A stretch of 51,367 nucleotides of DNA from Gammaproteobacteria bacterium (lineage in GTDB: Bacteria; Pseudomonadota; Gammaproteobacteria; GCA-001735895): assembly GCA_024222685.1 (NCBI GenBank), contig JAAEOZ010000102.1, forward strand, positions 1 to 51,367, read 5' to 3'. The position numbers and the translations under genes were made by a program. How positions within the stretch are numbered: the first letter of the stretch is position 1; every line of letters begins with the position of its first letter. Positions 1 through 11,281 of the stretch are shown here, piece after piece. Below the pieces are notes generated by a model, which saw only the letters and a program-made list of their open reading frames with translations, made no database searches and was not told where the DNA came from.

Positions 1-698
1 CCCAGGTCGGCAAACCATTGAGCACCATTTCGGATAATTGCCGGTACAGAAGATAAAGATTCGGTATTGTTTATCGTTGTCGGTTTGCCGTATAAACCAA
101 AGTTAGCAGGGAAAGGCGGCTTGTATCGAGGCTGACCTTTTTTACCTTCCAGAGACTCTAACAAGGCAGTTTCTTCACCACAGATATAGGCACCAGCACC
201 AAGCGCTCCATAGACATCGAAATCGACCCCACTACCGAGAATATTCTTACCCAGGTAGCCTGCTTCATAGGCTTCTTTCAACGCAGCTTCGAACCGTATG
301 AACGGTTCATCCATAAATTCACCACGCATGTAATTGTAGCCAACTGTTGCACCGATAGAATAACCACCGATCATCATGCCTTCGACCAAAGCATGCGGAT
401 TAAAGCGCAGGATGTCTCTGTCTTTGCAGGTTCCAGGCTCGGATTCATCAGAATTACACACCAGGTACTTTTGTCCCGGCGCATTACGCGGCATAAAACT
501 CCATTTCAGGCCGGTAGGAAATCCAGCACCACCCCGGCCACGAAGCCCGGATGCCTTAACTGTTTCGATGACGTCTTCGGGCGATATTTTTTCTTCGAGG
601 ATTTTTTTCAGGGCCTGATAGCCACCTGTCTTCAGATAACTTTCCATCGACCATGGCTGATCGTATTGCAGTGTCGCAAAACAAACTTCGTTAGCCAT
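1..698 (-). CDS. nuoF: NADH-quinone oxidoreductase subunit F, N-terminal part (C-terminus lies beyond the left window edge)
   Basis: My own minus-strand translation from the ATG at 696-698 reads [32 protein letters not shown]...[18 protein letters not shown]...[23 protein letters not shown], which carries the 51-kDa subunit NADH/FMN-site motifs. It is absent from the ORF track because it runs off the window. It lies 2 nt after the nuoE stop. Confidence 0.9.
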   Translation of the reverse strand, partial: MANEVCFATLQYDQPWSMESYLKTGGYQALKKILEEKISPEDVIETVKASGLRGRGGAGFPTGLKWSFMPRNAPGQKYLVCNSDESEPGTCKDRDILRFNPHALVEGMMIGGYSIGATVGYNYMRGEFMDEPFIRFEAALKEAYEAGYLGKNILGSGVDFDVYGALGAGAYICGEETALLESLEGKKGQPRYKPPFPANFGLYGKPTTINNTESLSSVPAIIRNGAQWFADL

Positions 699-700
699 GA

Positions 701-1207
701 TTATTTTAACCCGTCCAGAATTTCATCAACCTTTTCAGGCGTAAGTTTTTCATAATATTTATGGTCGACCTGCATCATCGGCCCACCGACACAGGCAGCA
801 AGGCATTCCTCCTCGCACTTTAGAAAAACTCGACCATCGGCAGTACTTTCGCCAATTTTAATTCCCAGTTTGTTTTCGACATGGTTAACGATTGTGTCCG
901 CACCCATTAACATACAGCAAATATTGGTACAGATAGCGACATTGTGGCGAGCAACCGGTCGAGTTTCGTACATTGAGTAAAAAGAGGCCACTTCGTAGAC
1001 ATGGATCGGTGCCAGGCCCAGGTACTCGGCAACAGCATCCATTAAATCGACGGTGAGGAAACCCTTATTCTGATGTTGAGCCGCATTTAGAGCTGACAAA
1101 ACTGCTGAACGCTTCTGATCTTCGGGAAATTTCTTTACCCAGTGATCAATCTCACTACGAGTATGCTCGCTCAATAATTCAATTTTTGATTGCTTTTCGA
1201 TTACCAT
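701..1207 (-). CDS. nuoE: NADH-quinone oxidoreductase subunit E (24-kDa, 2Fe-2S)
   Basis: 168-aa ORF with Cys motifs ([18 protein letters not shown]) and a position between nuoD and nuoF. Confidence 0.93.
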   Translation of the reverse strand: MVIEKQSKIELLSEHTRSEIDHWVKKFPEDQKRSAVLSALNAAQHQNKGFLTVDLMDAVAEYLGLAPIHVYEVASFYSMYETRPVARHNVAICTNICCMLMGADTIVNHVENKLGIKIGESTADGRVFLKCEEECLAACVGGPMMQVDHKYYEKLTPEKVDEILDGLK

Positions 1208-2460
1208 TATCGATCAATCTCACCAAATACAATATCCTGGGTGCCGATAATCGCTACCACATCAGCCAACATATGGCCTGCAGACATTTCGTTCATCGCT
1301 GATAAATGCGCGAAACCTGGGGCACGAATCTTAACCCGATAAGGTTTGTTAGTTCCGTCGGAAATCAGGTAGACACCGAATTCTCCTTTCGGATGCTCGA
1401 TCGCTGCATAGGCCTCACCCGGCGGAATCGAGTATCCCTCGGTAAATAATTTAAAATGATGAATCAGCCCTTCCATATCAGCTTTGATTTCCTCGCGACG
1501 CGGTGCAGCGACTTTGTGGTTATCTGTAATAACAAGCCCCGGATTGTCACGCAACCACTTGATGCATTGTTTGATAATATGATTCGATTGCCGCATTTCT
1601 TCCATGCGAACAAGATATCGATCATAGCAATCGCCATTGGTACCAACAGGAATATCAAAATCCATCCGATCATAAACTTCATAAGGCTGCTTTTTACGTA
1701 AATCCCACTCTACTCCCGAACCTCGTAACATCGGCCCGGTAAATCCCAGCTGATAAGCTCGTTCTTCTGATACAACACCGATGCCAACTGTACGTTGTTT
1801 CCAGATTCGATTATCAGTCAACAGGGTTTCATACTCGTCAACATAACCCGGGAAACGGTTGGTAAAATCCTCGGTAAAATCGAGCAGGCTTCCCTGTCGG
1901 TTTTTGTTCAATGCATCGGCTTCTTTTTTACTGCGCCAACGACTTTCAAGGTATTGAGGCATTGCATCGGGTAAATCGCGAGCAACACCACCGGGGCGGT
2001 AATAAGTGGCATGCATTCGCGCACCGGAAACAGCTTCGTACACATCCAATAAATCTTCACGCTCACGAAATGCGTAAAGAAACATCGTCATCGCACCGAC
2101 ATCAAGCGCATGTGTACCTATCCACATTAAGTGATTCAAAATACGGGTGATTTCATCGAACATCACACGGATATATTGCGCCCGTTCGGGTACCTCGACA
2201 CCGAGCAGTTTTTCGATAGCCATGACGTAACCGTGTTCGTTACACATCATCGATACATAGTCGAGTCGATCCATATAACCAATAGTCTGGTTATAAGGTT
2301 TACTTTCAGCGAGTTTTTCGGTGCCCCGATGTAACAGGCCGACATGCGGATCGGCACGTTCGATAACTTCACCGTCCATTTCCAGCACCAGACGCAAAAC
2401 CCCGTGAGCAGCTGGATGTTGCGGCCCAAAATTGAGCGTATAGTTCTTAATCTCAGGCAT
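1207..2460 (-). CDS. nuoD: NADH-quinone oxidoreductase subunit D
   Basis: NuoD/49-kDa signature ([17 protein letters not shown]-terminal DIVFGEIDR). The ATG at 2458-2460 ([16 protein letters not shown]) is preferred over the track start at 2475 and gives an 8-nt ATGCCTGA overlap with the nuoC stop. Confidence 0.95.
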   Translation of the reverse strand: MPEIKNYTLNFGPQHPAAHGVLRLVLEMDGEVIERADPHVGLLHRGTEKLAESKPYNQTIGYMDRLDYVSMMCNEHGYVMAIEKLLGVEVPERAQYIRVMFDEITRILNHLMWIGTHALDVGAMTMFLYAFREREDLLDVYEAVSGARMHATYYRPGGVARDLPDAMPQYLESRWRSKKEADALNKNRQGSLLDFTEDFTNRFPGYVDEYETLLTDNRIWKQRTVGIGVVSEERAYQLGFTGPMLRGSGVEWDLRKKQPYEVYDRMDFDIPVGTNGDCYDRYLVRMEEMRQSNHIIKQCIKWLRDNPGLVITDNHKVAAPRREEIKADMEGLIHHFKLFTEGYSIPPGEAYAAIEHPKGEFGVYLISDGTNKPYRVKIRAPGFAHLSAMNEMSAGHMLADVVAIIGTQDIVFGEIDR

Positions 2461-3172
2461 TGTCTTCCGCCTCATCCGACAAATAGCGGTGATCTTCGCG
2501 TTTTACTCTTGGAACGAGAACACGCGGCTCAATGCTCACAGGCTCATAAACTACCCGTTCTTTTTCCGGGTCATAACGCATTTCGACATGACCAACCAAT
2601 GGAAAATCTTTTCTGAAAGGATGTCCTACAAAACCATAATCGGTCAAAATGCGGCGTAAGTCCGGATGATCTGTAAATAAGACACCAAACAGATCGAAAG
2701 CTTCACGTTCATACCAGTCGGCAACTCGCCAGACATTAACAACACTAGGAACCACCGGAAAACCGTCATCGGCAGCAAAGCAGCGTAACCTCAGGCGCGA
2801 ATTGTGTCTGTATGACACCAGATGATAGACCACAGCATATCGACGACCCTCGTCAGCTACGGATTCGAGCTCATCGCCAAATTGTAGTCGACCCATTGTC
2901 GCGCCACTTTCGACACCGCGGCTGAATCCAGCTCTACTGGCATCATTCGTCTGCCACTCAGTCTGGCCATATTGCGAATAATCGACACCGCATAAATCAA
3001 CCAGCTGTTGAAACCTGAAATGCTCGTTGTCTCGCAATTCGGTAGCAACCTCGATCAAATTTTCAGCACTCACTTCGATTGTGACTTCGCCAATACGCTC
3101 CGTAAGCGCAAGCAATTTATCCGCGAACACGCCGCGCAACGATTCCTCTAGTTGCTGTAATGAATTCGACAT
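2453..3172 (-). CDS. nuoC: NADH-quinone oxidoreductase subunit C (separate from NuoD)
   Basis: 239-aa ORF with 30-kDa subunit motifs ([24 protein letters not shown]) in nuoB-nuoC-nuoD order. Confidence 0.93.
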   Translation of the reverse strand: MSNSLQQLEESLRGVFADKLLALTERIGEVTIEVSAENLIEVATELRDNEHFRFQQLVDLCGVDYSQYGQTEWQTNDASRAGFSRGVESGATMGRLQFGDELESVADEGRRYAVVYHLVSYRHNSRLRLRCFAADDGFPVVPSVVNVWRVADWYEREAFDLFGVLFTDHPDLRRILTDYGFVGHPFRKDFPLVGHVEMRYDPEKERVVYEPVSIEPRVLVPRVKREDHRYLSDEAEDNA

Positions 3173-3174
3173 AT

Positions 3175-3651
3175 TTATCGAGCTATCGTATTAGTCTGTC
3201 TAATTTTGCTTTGCAACTGCAATATTCCGTAAAGCAATGCTTCAGCTGTTGGTGGACACCCCGGCACATAAACATCTACCGGTACTACTCGGTCACAACC
3301 TCGTACTACCGAATAGGAATAATGGTAGTAGCCACCGCCATTAGCACAGGATCCCATAGAGATCACCCAACGTGGTTCTGCCATTTGATCGTAAACCTTG
3401 CGCAGTGCTGGTGCCATCTTATTCACCAGTGTCCCGGCTACAATCATCACGTCCGACTGTCGCGGACTGGGGCGAAAAATAATGCCGAATCTATCCAGAT
3501 CATAACGCGATGCGCCTGCCTGCATCATTTCAACAGCACAACAGGCAAGCCCAAATGTCATTGGCCACATCGACCCGGTGCGCGCCCAATTGATCAGCTT
3601 ATCGGCGGACGCGGTTACAAAACCCTGTTCGAATACACCTTCTATTCCCAT
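3175..3651 (-). CDS. nuoB: NADH-quinone oxidoreductase subunit B
   Basis: 158-aa ORF with PSST/N2-cluster motifs ([27 protein letters not shown]). Confidence 0.95.
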   Translation of the reverse strand: MGIEGVFEQGFVTASADKLINWARTGSMWPMTFGLACCAVEMMQAGASRYDLDRFGIIFRPSPRQSDVMIVAGTLVNKMAPALRKVYDQMAEPRWVISMGSCANGGGYYHYSYSVVRGCDRVVPVDVYVPGCPPTAEALLYGILQLQSKIRQTNTIAR

Positions 3652-3998
3652 TCAAGTGCTCCTTTCTTCCACTCGTAGATGAAGCCGATCACAAGAACTC
3701 CCAGGAATACTGCCATTGCTAAAAGCCCAAAAGTTCCAATTTGATCGAGCACAATAGCCCAGGGAAACAGGAACGCAATCTCAAGATCAAAAATTATAAA
3801 CAGAATAGCAACCAGATAATAACGCACATCAAACTTCATACGACTGTCTTCGAATGCTTCGAATCCGCACTCATAAGGAGAATTTTTTTCTGCATCGGGA
3901 CGAGAAGGGCCGAGCAGCTTACCCAGGATTATAAAAGCTGAGCCCATCACCAGGGTGACCAGCATGAATATTAAAATCGGAAGATAGTTACCTAGCAT
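3642..3998 (-). CDS. nuoA: NADH-quinone oxidoreductase subunit A
   Basis: 118-aa three-helix membrane protein ([21 protein letters not shown]). It is the first gene of the nuo operon. Confidence 0.93.
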   Translation of the reverse strand: MLGNYLPILIFMLVTLVMGSAFIILGKLLGPSRPDAEKNSPYECGFEAFEDSRMKFDVRYYLVAILFIIFDLEIAFLFPWAIVLDQIGTFGLLAMAVFLGVLVIGFIYEWKKGALEWE

Positions 3999-4178
3999 GT
4001 AACAGTTTATGCCCCTGATGACCAGCCTGTGTTCAGTGTGCGGCCAGTCTATTGCCGCCGCAATATAGTGTCAAGAAAGTTCAAATTTGATTTTTGGTTT
4101 TGAATACTTTGCATTAATAATCCAGACCAAAAAATCTTACAGATTCAATAAATTACCCTGGTCCTATACTTAATAAAA

Positions 4179-4263
4179 TGGTGCCGATGGCCGGAGTCGA
4201 ACCGGCACAGCTTTCGCCACTACCCCCTCAAGATAGCGTGTCTACCAATTCCACCACATCGGC
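4179..4263 (-). tRNA. tRNA-Leu, anticodon GAG, type II (long variable arm), CCA encoded
   Basis: The reverse complement reads GCCGATGTGGTGGAATTGGTAGACACGCTATCTTGAGGGGGTAGTGGCGAAAGCTGTGCCGGTTCGACTCCGGCCATCGGCACCA. It has a 7-bp acceptor stem (GCCGATG/CATCGGC), an anticodon stem CTATC/GGTAG with loop TTGAGGG, and a T-arm GCCGG-TTCGACT-CCGGC. Confidence 0.9.
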
Positions 4264-4271
4264 TAATCTGT

Positions 4272-4655
4272 TTACTCGGCTGGTGGTAGATCAGAGCCAC
4301 TCTGACTATTTGCCTCGCCGTCACTCGGTGGCAAATCTGAGGATTCTGCATCAGCCGCCTGGGTTGTCTCAGGCACCATCGTGGTAACGCTATCAACCAC
4401 ACTACCCGGAGCTACACGATGGCTGGCAATATAGGCCAACGCCATGCACACAACGAAAAACAGAGTCGCGATAATTGTTGTCGCTCTACTTAAAAAGTTA
4501 CCAGAACCGCGCGCACCGAAAACTGTAGAAGACGCGCCACTACCGAAGGCAGCGCCGGCGTCGGCACCCTTACCATGCTGCATTAAAATCAGGCCTATCA
4601 GGCTAATGGAAAGAATCACCTGTACAATCAGTAAAATACTATTAATGTTTTCCAT
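4272..4655 (-). CDS. secG: Preprotein translocase subunit SecG
   Basis: The N-terminus has the SecG signature LILMQHGKGADAGAAFGSGASSTVFGARGSGNF. The tpiA-secG-tRNA-Leu-nuoA arrangement is conserved. Confidence 0.9.
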   Translation of the reverse strand: MENINSILLIVQVILSISLIGLILMQHGKGADAGAAFGSGASSTVFGARGSGNFLSRATTIIATLFFVVCMALAYIASHRVAPGSVVDSVTTMVPETTQAADAESSDLPPSDGEANSQSGSDLPPAE

Positions 4656-4664
4656 AAATTTGTC

Positions 4665-5408
4665 CTAAACTGCCTGGGCAATTGCCAGGAAATCGGCCGC
4701 CTTCAGAGAGGCGCCCCCAATCAAACCACCATCTATATCAGCTTGCGATAATAACTCCGCGGCGTTGCCCGGATTCATACTTCCACCGTATAAAATCTGT
4801 ACCTTACTCGCCACATCTGAATTTAATGCAGAAATTTTACCTCGAATAAATTCATGAACCATCTGAGCCTGCTCCGGGGTGGCAACCTGTCCAGTACCGA
4901 TAGCCCAGACCGGCTCGTAAGCGATGACCCCTTTTGCTATGGCATCCACACCGAATTTTTCGAGCACCGCATCCAGTTGTCTGCCTACTACCGACTCGGT
5001 TACACCACTTTGACGTTCTTCGAGGGTTTCGCCGAGGCAAAGAATTGGTACTAAACCGGATTCAACTGCCATCGCATATCGGTTAGCCACCAGTGCATCA
5101 GATTCCAGATAGAGCGAACGACGCTCTGAATGTCCTACTATGGCATAACTGCAACCAGCTTCCTTTAGCATCTGCGCCGAGACTTCACCTGTGTAAGCAC
5201 CAGACGACTGATCACAGACATTCTGGGATCCCAACGCAATATCGCTGCCTTCAAGCATTCCACCAACTTTCATCAGATAAACTGCTGGAGGACAAACTGC
5301 CAACTGTGCAGAACCCACACCTCCAGCTTTGATACTCTCAATCAGCTGGATTATGGATTGCAAGGAACCATTCATTTTCCAGTTGCCAGCTATCAGAGTG
5401 GAACGCAT
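4665..5408 (-). CDS. tpiA: Triosephosphate isomerase
   Basis: 247 aa with TIM motifs (AGNWKMNG, IVGHSERR, AYEPVWAIGTG, YGGS). Confidence 0.95.
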   Translation of the reverse strand: MRSTLIAGNWKMNGSLQSIIQLIESIKAGGVGSAQLAVCPPAVYLMKVGGMLEGSDIALGSQNVCDQSSGAYTGEVSAQMLKEAGCSYAIVGHSERRSLYLESDALVANRYAMAVESGLVPILCLGETLEERQSGVTESVVGRQLDAVLEKFGVDAIAKGVIAYEPVWAIGTGQVATPEQAQMVHEFIRGKISALNSDVASKVQILYGGSMNPGNAAELLSQADIDGGLIGGASLKAADFLAIAQAV

Positions 5409-5509
5409 CAGAGACTCACCAGTTGTTAAAAAGGCGGCAAAGGGTACTCACCTGCGGCCAATAAATCAATCGTGATTTTGGAAAAATCATGCATTATCGA
5501 AAGATTCGA

Positions 5510-6850
5510 TCAACCAACTGCGAATTCTGTCACGCAGGAGGCTAACTGGCGGGCAAATTTGTTTACTTCAGCACTATCCTCACCTTCCACCATAACCCGT
5601 ATGAGTGGTTCTGTTCCGGAAGGACGCAACAATACTCTACCTCGATCCGCCAGTTCATTTTCAACTTCTTTAACTGCATCCTGTACGGCGGAAATACCCT
5701 GCACATCGACCTTGTGAGTCAACGGCACATTAATCATAACCTGCGGATACAGAGACATTCCAGCACAGGCCTCAGCGAGAGTAAGTTGTTCCGACACGAG
5801 CCAGTCAAGCACCTGCAATGCGGCAATGATACCGTCACCTGTAGTTGATTTATCAAGACAGATAATATGTCCGGAAGATTCACCACCTATCAGCCAGTCA
5901 TTATCCCTAAGCATTTCCATCACATAACGATCACCTACTTTAGCTCTCACAAATGGAATATCATGTAGTTTCAATGCATGTTCCAGGCCGAGATTGGTCA
6001 TCAGAGTACCGACAATACCTCCCGCCATTCCAGATTTGACCAGCTTGCTTTGCGCGATGACATATAGCAGCTGATCGCCATTTTTAACATCTCCCCGAGC
6101 ATCCATCATCATTAACCGATCACCATCGCCATCGAAAGCGATGCCAATATCCGCCTGATTTTCTAGTACTACAGAACGCATATTTTCAGGGTGTAAAGCA
6201 CCAACATCTTTATTAATGTTCAGACCGTTGGGATTTGTTCCGATTTCAATGACTTCTGCACCTAATTCACGAAATACTGCCGGGGCAATGTGATAGGTCG
6301 CACCATTAGCGCAGTCGACCACAACTTTCATCCCTTTAAGTGTGGTGTTAAATGGAATAGAACTTTTACAATACTCAATATACCTTCCTTTAGCATCTTC
6401 CATCCGGGTTGCTTTTCCTATTAATTCGGAATCAACCATCACAAGATCGCTGGCAATCATCGCCTCTATTTCCAATTCGGTATGATCGGGTAGCTTATAA
6501 CCATCACCGTTGAAGAATTTGACACCATCATCGTGATAGGGGTTATGTGATGCGCTAATAACAATCCCCGCTGTGGCTCGCTGCGCCATCGTCAGATAGG
6601 CTATTGCCGGTGTAGGCATTGGACCCAGTAACACCACATCGAGGCCAGCTGCTGCCAGACCGGCTTCCAGCGCAGACTCGAACATATAGCCCGAAATTCG
6701 TGTATCTTTACCTATGACAACCGTTCCTTTACCCTGATTGGACAGTACTTTCCCGGCTGCCCAGCCAACTTTCATGACGAAATCAACCGTCATCGGAGGC
6801 ACACCAACGCGTCCACGAATCCCATCGGTACCGAAATACTGTCGGCTCAT
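5510..6850 (-). CDS. glmM: Phosphoglucosamine mutase
   Basis: 446 aa with [13 protein letters not shown], the phosphoserine loop ISASHNP, the Mg loop FDGDGDR and GGESSGH. Confidence 0.95.
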   Translation of the reverse strand: MSRQYFGTDGIRGRVGVPPMTVDFVMKVGWAAGKVLSNQGKGTVVIGKDTRISGYMFESALEAGLAAAGLDVVLLGPMPTPAIAYLTMAQRATAGIVISASHNPYHDDGVKFFNGDGYKLPDHTELEIEAMIASDLVMVDSELIGKATRMEDAKGRYIEYCKSSIPFNTTLKGMKVVVDCANGATYHIAPAVFRELGAEVIEIGTNPNGLNINKDVGALHPENMRSVVLENQADIGIAFDGDGDRLMMMDARGDVKNGDQLLYVIAQSKLVKSGMAGGIVGTLMTNLGLEHALKLHDIPFVRAKVGDRYVMEMLRDNDWLIGGESSGHIICLDKSTTGDGIIAALQVLDWLVSEQLTLAEACAGMSLYPQVMINVPLTHKVDVQGISAVQDAVKEVENELADRGRVLLRPSGTEPLIRVMVEGEDSAEVNKFARQLASCVTEFAVG

Positions 6851-6887
6851 TGGAATGAAACCCTGAAATTAGAATCTTGAATCATTT

Positions 6888-7700
6888 TTATACCAGATTT
6901 AAGGCATTGACCATTTTAATGGCATCAACGGTTTCGGCAACATCATGAACCCGAACTATATCTGCACCCTGCATCGCTGAGATCACCGCCAGAGAGATAC
7001 TACCATATCGTCGCTGGTCTACTGGTTTATCGAGAATAACACCTATCATTCGTTTTCTCGACAAACCGACCAACAGCGGCCTACCAAGAGATTTTAAATC
7101 AGCTAGTGACTTTAATAACTGCAAATTGTGATGCATTGTTTTGCCGAATCCAAACCCCGGATCAACAATAATATTATCGAAAGATATCCCTGCAGCCAGA
7201 GCTTCGTCGATACGCGTTTGTAAAAAGTCCTTTACTTCAACTACGATATTATCGTATTGGGGTTCCAGCTGCATTGTTTCAGGTGTACCTTGCATATGCA
7301 TTAGACATACCGGTACATTTAATTCAGCAGCTACTTCTTTGGCATTTTGCTGACCAAGCGCATCAACACTGTTGATTATGTTAGCACCTGCCTGCACCGC
7401 CTGCTGCATGACCACTGGTTTATTAGTGTCAATCGAAATTGGTATATTACTGACTTCACGAATGGCTTCAATCAACGGGACCGTACGATTGATTTCAATA
7501 TTTTGGTCAACTGCTTTCGAGCCCGGTCGGGTTGATTCACCACCAATATCAATTATATCGACGCCTCCTGCAATCATTTCCTGAGCGTGCTGGAAAGCGG
7601 CTTCGAAGGAGTCAAAAAGACCGCCATCGGAAAAAGAATCGGGCGTAGTATTTATCACGCCCATTACCTGTGTATTATCAGAGAGTTTTAATTCAACCAT
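6888..7700 (-). CDS. folP: Dihydropteroate synthase
   Basis: 270 aa with GVINTTPDSFSDGG, DIGGESTRPG and DPGFGFGKT. The start is uncertain: no Shine-Dalgarno precedes 7700, and M13 is an alternative. Confidence 0.92.
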   Translation of the reverse strand: MVELKLSDNTQVMGVINTTPDSFSDGGLFDSFEAAFQHAQEMIAGGVDIIDIGGESTRPGSKAVDQNIEINRTVPLIEAIREVSNIPISIDTNKPVVMQQAVQAGANIINSVDALGQQNAKEVAAELNVPVCLMHMQGTPETMQLEPQYDNIVVEVKDFLQTRIDEALAAGISFDNIIVDPGFGFGKTMHHNLQLLKSLADLKSLGRPLLVGLSRKRMIGVILDKPVDQRRYGSISLAVISAMQGADIVRVHDVAETVDAIKMVNALNLV

Positions 7701-7733
7701 AAAAAAAGCCGGGGTCGATTACTCAACCCCAGC
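7701..7733 (-). terminator. Putative rho-independent terminator or attenuator between ftsH and folP
   Basis: The minus strand reads GCTGGGGTTGAGTAATCGACCCCGGC followed by TTTTTTT. The U-tract runs directly into the folP ATG. Confidence 0.5.
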
Positions 7734-7745
7734 CTCTACATATTT

Positions 7746-9674
7746 TTAATGTAACTTTGCCGGATCCGGCAGATCTGAGTCGTCGTCAACAACACTTTTA
7801 CCGGCATCATCATCATTTTTGCCGGAAGATGTTGGTTCATCATCACCCCAGTCTTTCGGTGGGCCCGGTTCCTTACCTTCCATAATAGAATCTATCTGAC
7901 CAATATCAATGGTTTCGTACTTCATCAGTGCATCAGCCATTAAATGCAGTTTATCATCGTTCTCCTGTAAAATACCGACTGCACGCTGATAGTTTCGATC
8001 AATAATAGTGCGAATCTCAGAGTCGATTGCCTGTGCCGTATCGTCAGAAACAGTATTCTGCTTACCAACCGACTTACCAAGGAAAACCTCGCCTTCTTCT
8101 TCACTATAAGACAACGGTCCCATTCGGTCGGACAGACCCCATTGCGTCACCATACTACGCGCGATACTGGTAGCCCGCTCTATATCGTTTGAAGCGCCGG
8201 TTGTCACTGCATCTTCACCAAAAATCTGCTGCTCGGCAATTCGCCCGCCAAACAGACTCGACAACTGACTCTCGAGATGTTTCTTGCTATAACTATAGCG
8301 ATCATCTTCAGGCAGAAACATGGTCACGCCGAGCGCGCGTCCACGAGGTATGATACTAACCTTATAGACAGGATCATGCTCTGGCACCAGTCGACCGACA
8401 ATAGCATGCCCGGCTTCGTGATAGGCAGTCAGTTTCTTTTCATTTTCTTTCATGATCATAGACTTACGTTCCGCACCCATCATGATCTTGTCTTTGGCGC
8501 GTTCAAACTCAGCCATAGTAACCAGTTTTTTATTCGCCCGCGCAGCAAACAATGCCGCTTCATTCACAAGATTCGCCAGATCGGCACCCGAAAATCCAGG
8601 AGTACCGCGAGCAATAACCATCGGATCGACATTATCCGCTGCCGGCACCTTACGCATGTGCACCTTAAGAATTTGCGACCGGCCTCTTACGTCGGGTAAA
8701 GGCACGACAACCTGGCGATCAAAACGGCCTGGGCGCAACAGCGCAGGATCGAGAACATCGGGGCGATTTGTTGCTGCGATAACAATGACACCTTCGTGAC
8801 CGTCAAACCCATCCATTTCTACCAGTAACTGATTCAAGGTCTGTTCACGTTCGTCGTGTCCACCACCAAGCCCCGCGCCACGATGCCGGCCAACAGCATC
8901 TATTTCATCTATGAAAATAATACAGGGGGAATGTTTCTTCGCCTGGTCGAACATATCCCGAACGCGAGAAGCACCTACACCAACAAACATTTCAACAAAA
9001 TCTGACCCGGAAATAGTGAAAAACGGCACCTTGGCCTCACCGGCAATGGCTTTAGCCAGTAAGGTTTTACCGGTACCAGGAGAACCCACCATGAGTATGC
9101 CGCGTGGTATTTTGCCACCAAGCTTCTGGAATTTCGATGGATCGCGTAAGAATTCAACAAGCTCACCAACTTCTTCTTTGGCTTCATCAACACCAGCAAC
9201 ATCATTGAAAGTGATATTTATCTGATCTTCACCGAGCAGACGCGCCTTGCTTTTTCCAAATGACATAGCGCCACGACCACCGCCACCGCCCTGCATCTGA
9301 CGCATGAAAAAAACCCATAAACCTATCAGGACGATAAATGGAAACCAGCTGATAAACATGTGCGCAAGCATAGAGGGCTGCTCAGGTGGTTTGCCGATGA
9401 TGTCGACATTCGCGTCTTCCAGGTATCCAATCATTGCCAGATTATTACTTTCCGGGCTATAGGTAACAAACTTGGTACCGGAATTGAGCAAACCGGTTAT
9501 ATTCTGGCCTTCAATTGTTACCTGACGTACCTGCCCCTGCTTCACCTGGGAAAGGAATTCGGAGTAAATTATCTGATTTCCGCTACTGGTACGTTCGTTG
9601 AAATTGTGGAAAACCGATAGCAATACTACAGCGATCACTACCCACAATATTAGATTCTTTGCTACATCATTCAC
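7746..9674 (-). CDS. ftsH: ATP-dependent zinc metalloprotease FtsH
   Basis: 642 aa with two N-terminal TM helices, Walker A GSPGTGKT, an AAA second region of homology, and the zinc motif HEAGHA. Confidence 0.97.
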   Translation of the reverse strand: MNDVAKNLILWVVIAVVLLSVFHNFNERTSSGNQIIYSEFLSQVKQGQVRQVTIEGQNITGLLNSGTKFVTYSPESNNLAMIGYLEDANVDIIGKPPEQPSMLAHMFISWFPFIVLIGLWVFFMRQMQGGGGGRGAMSFGKSKARLLGEDQINITFNDVAGVDEAKEEVGELVEFLRDPSKFQKLGGKIPRGILMVGSPGTGKTLLAKAIAGEAKVPFFTISGSDFVEMFVGVGASRVRDMFDQAKKHSPCIIFIDEIDAVGRHRGAGLGGGHDEREQTLNQLLVEMDGFDGHEGVIVIAATNRPDVLDPALLRPGRFDRQVVVPLPDVRGRSQILKVHMRKVPAADNVDPMVIARGTPGFSGADLANLVNEAALFAARANKKLVTMAEFERAKDKIMMGAERKSMIMKENEKKLTAYHEAGHAIVGRLVPEHDPVYKVSIIPRGRALGVTMFLPEDDRYSYSKKHLESQLSSLFGGRIAEQQIFGEDAVTTGASNDIERATSIARSMVTQWGLSDRMGPLSYSEEEGEVFLGKSVGKQNTVSDDTAQAIDSEIRTIIDRNYQRAVGILQENDDKLHLMADALMKYETIDIGQIDSIMEGKEPGPPKDWGDDEPTSSGKNDDDAGKSVVDDDSDLPDPAKLH

Positions 9675-9766
9675 TTTGGTAACACCGTGTTGTATTTAAC
9701 ACTGCCCATTTAACAGCGTATTTTTACTAGTATCCATAGATTCTAGCGCATTTAAACCTTTCCGTA

Positions 9767-10384
9767 TTACTTCAAATCGCGACAAACTGCATAAACCTCG
9801 CGTGATCTTGCGCGAGATGCACTGGGCTTTCGAAGCTTTACCGACCCAAATCTGTCTCGAAAATTCGAAATCAACGAATCGAAACCCTCTCCCTGGAATA
9901 GTTTTGTAACCAGAATACCCCGTTCCTGCAGGCATTCGCTTGCCAGTTCCAGAGCCAACTCCGCCAGATATATTGATCTGGGCTGATCAACCGATCCCAT
10001 ACCGCTTAAATTGGGGGCCATATCGGATAAAACAAGGTCCAGATGTTTAGCATCGATTATTGCCATTATGCGGTCAAGTGTTTCCTGCTCAGTAAAGTCG
10101 CCCTGAATGATGTCGACACCAGCTATTGGTTCGATTGGTAAAATATCGACAGCGATAATGCTGCCTTCATGATCACTGTACTGGCTGGCATATTCGCACC
10201 ACCCGCCCGGCGCTGCGCCAAGATCAAGAATGTGTTGACCCGGTGCAAATATTCGGTCTTTTTGTTGGATTTCATCTAACTTATAGACAGCTCGAGAACG
10301 GTAGCCATCACGACGAGCCTGTAGAACATACTGATCCTGGTGATGTTCTTTGAGCCAACTCTGACTACTTTTTGAACGCGCCAT
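9767..10384 (-). CDS. rlmE: 23S rRNA 2'-O-ribose U2552 methyltransferase
   Basis: 205 aa with WLKEHHQD..YRSRAVYKL, the SAM motif DLGAAPGGW, and the conserved rlmE-ftsH order. Confidence 0.93.
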   Translation of the reverse strand: MARSKSSQSWLKEHHQDQYVLQARRDGYRSRAVYKLDEIQQKDRIFAPGQHILDLGAAPGGWCEYASQYSDHEGSIIAVDILPIEPIAGVDIIQGDFTEQETLDRIMAIIDAKHLDLVLSDMAPNLSGMGSVDQPRSIYLAELALELASECLQERGILVTKLFQGEGFDSLISNFRDRFGSVKLRKPSASRARSREVYAVCRDLK

Positions 10385-10446
10385 CCAGATTTAACCCAAA
10401 GCTGTGATAGTATGCACGCCCTGACATTCCAGCCCAGAAATACAAT

Positions 10447-10758
10447 ATGAGTTTGAGTAAATCATCGATAAAAAATCTGCGGGCGCAGGGTCATCGACTT
10501 AAACTTAAGCCGGTGGTTATTGTTGGGCAACATGGGCTGAGCGAAAATATTCATCATGAAATCGATACCGCTTTAAGCCACCACGAGTTGCTTAAAATTC
10601 GAATTCCTGGCCAGGAAAAACAGCATAAACAGGCTATGATAAACACTATCTGCAACCATCATCAGGCAACACTAATCCAGAGCATAGGCAATGTTATCGT
10701 GCTTTACCGGTTGAATAGAAAAAATAACCGCTTCGCAAAATTTATAGACCATTCCTAA
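10447..10758 (+). CDS. yhbY: YhbY-like CRM-domain RNA-binding protein
   Basis: 103 aa with LRAQGHRLKPVVIVGQHGLS and ELLKIRI. It is divergent from rlmE, as in other Gammaproteobacteria. Confidence 0.85.
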   Translation: MSLSKSSIKNLRAQGHRLKLKPVVIVGQHGLSENIHHEIDTALSHHELLKIRIPGQEKQHKQAMINTICNHHQATLIQSIGNVIVLYRLNRKNNRFAKFIDHS

Positions 10759-10768
10759 AGCCGATCAT

Positions 10769-11245
10769 TTATTCATAATGTACAGCGGTGATTTCATACT
10801 CCCGGTCACCTGCGGGAGCCTGCACCACAACATCTTCGCCTTCTTCTTTGCCTATAATAGCCCGTGCTATTGGTGAACTAATTGCAATTCGATTCTGGTT
10901 AATATCGGCCTCAATGTCACCGACAACCTGATATGTTACTTCTTCTTCAGTTTCGACATCAATCAAATCAACAGTACATCCGAAAACCACTCGACCACTT
11001 CTATTGAGCTTACTGACATCAATAATCTGGGCATTAGACAAAACTGATTCAAGTTCAGCTATACGTCCTTCGATAAAACCCTGCTCTTCACGCGCTGCAT
11101 GATACTCAGCATTCTCTTTTAAATCACCATGATCACGCGCTACCGCTATGGCTTCAATAACTTGCGGTCGTCTGACAAATTTGAGCTCATTCAGCTCTTC
11201 TTTCAACCTCTCCGCTCCAGTTGCAGTTAGTGGTACCTGATTCAT
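10769..11245 (-). CDS. greA: Transcription elongation factor GreA
   Basis: 158 aa with [15 protein letters not shown] and C-terminal [12 protein letters not shown]. Confidence 0.95.
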   Translation of the reverse strand: MNQVPLTATGAERLKEELNELKFVRRPQVIEAIAVARDHGDLKENAEYHAAREEQGFIEGRIAELESVLSNAQIIDVSKLNRSGRVVFGCTVDLIDVETEEEVTYQVVGDIEADINQNRIAISSPIARAIIGKEEGEDVVVQAPAGDREYEITAVHYE

Positions 11246-11281
11246 TGCATAATTCCCGTAAAATCCTGTCTAATCATTATA

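Noticed and set aside
376-755. Plus-strand ORFs 376..618 and 393..755 at the left edge.
   Set aside because: They overlap the minus-strand nuoF coding region (clear NuoF motifs) and the nuoE 3' end, so they are antisense artefacts.
2453-2460. Identical 8-nt ATGCCTGA start/stop overlaps at nuoC/nuoD (2453-2460) and pyrC/rnt (27177-27184).
   Set aside because: Overlaps of this kind are common translational-coupling junctions. The shared 8-mer follows simply from Met-Pro starts overlapping ...Ala-stop, so I treat it as coincidence.
3160-3678. Long antisense shadow ORFs inside conserved genes (for example 3160..3678 +, 8277..8699 +, 11495..11956 +, 20579..21007 +, 21227..21703 +, 22322..22834 +, 33015..33479 -).
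   Set aside because: Each lies entirely within, and opposite to, a gene with unmistakable family motifs. The peptides are low-complexity (Ser/Pro/Arg-rich), as expected for antisense frames. None has independent start or terminator signals.
4272-4400. SecG C-terminal acidic Ser/Pro-rich tail containing SDLPP twice.
   Set aside because: SecG proteins, including the E. coli one, commonly carry variable low-complexity C-terminal tails. A short internal repeat there is unremarkable.
9696-9935. 79-aa minus-strand ORF spanning the ftsH-rlmE spacer and the rlmE 3' end.
   Set aside because: It overlaps rlmE out of frame, has no recognisable family and an odd composition. The rlmE-ftsH spacer is conserved as non-coding.
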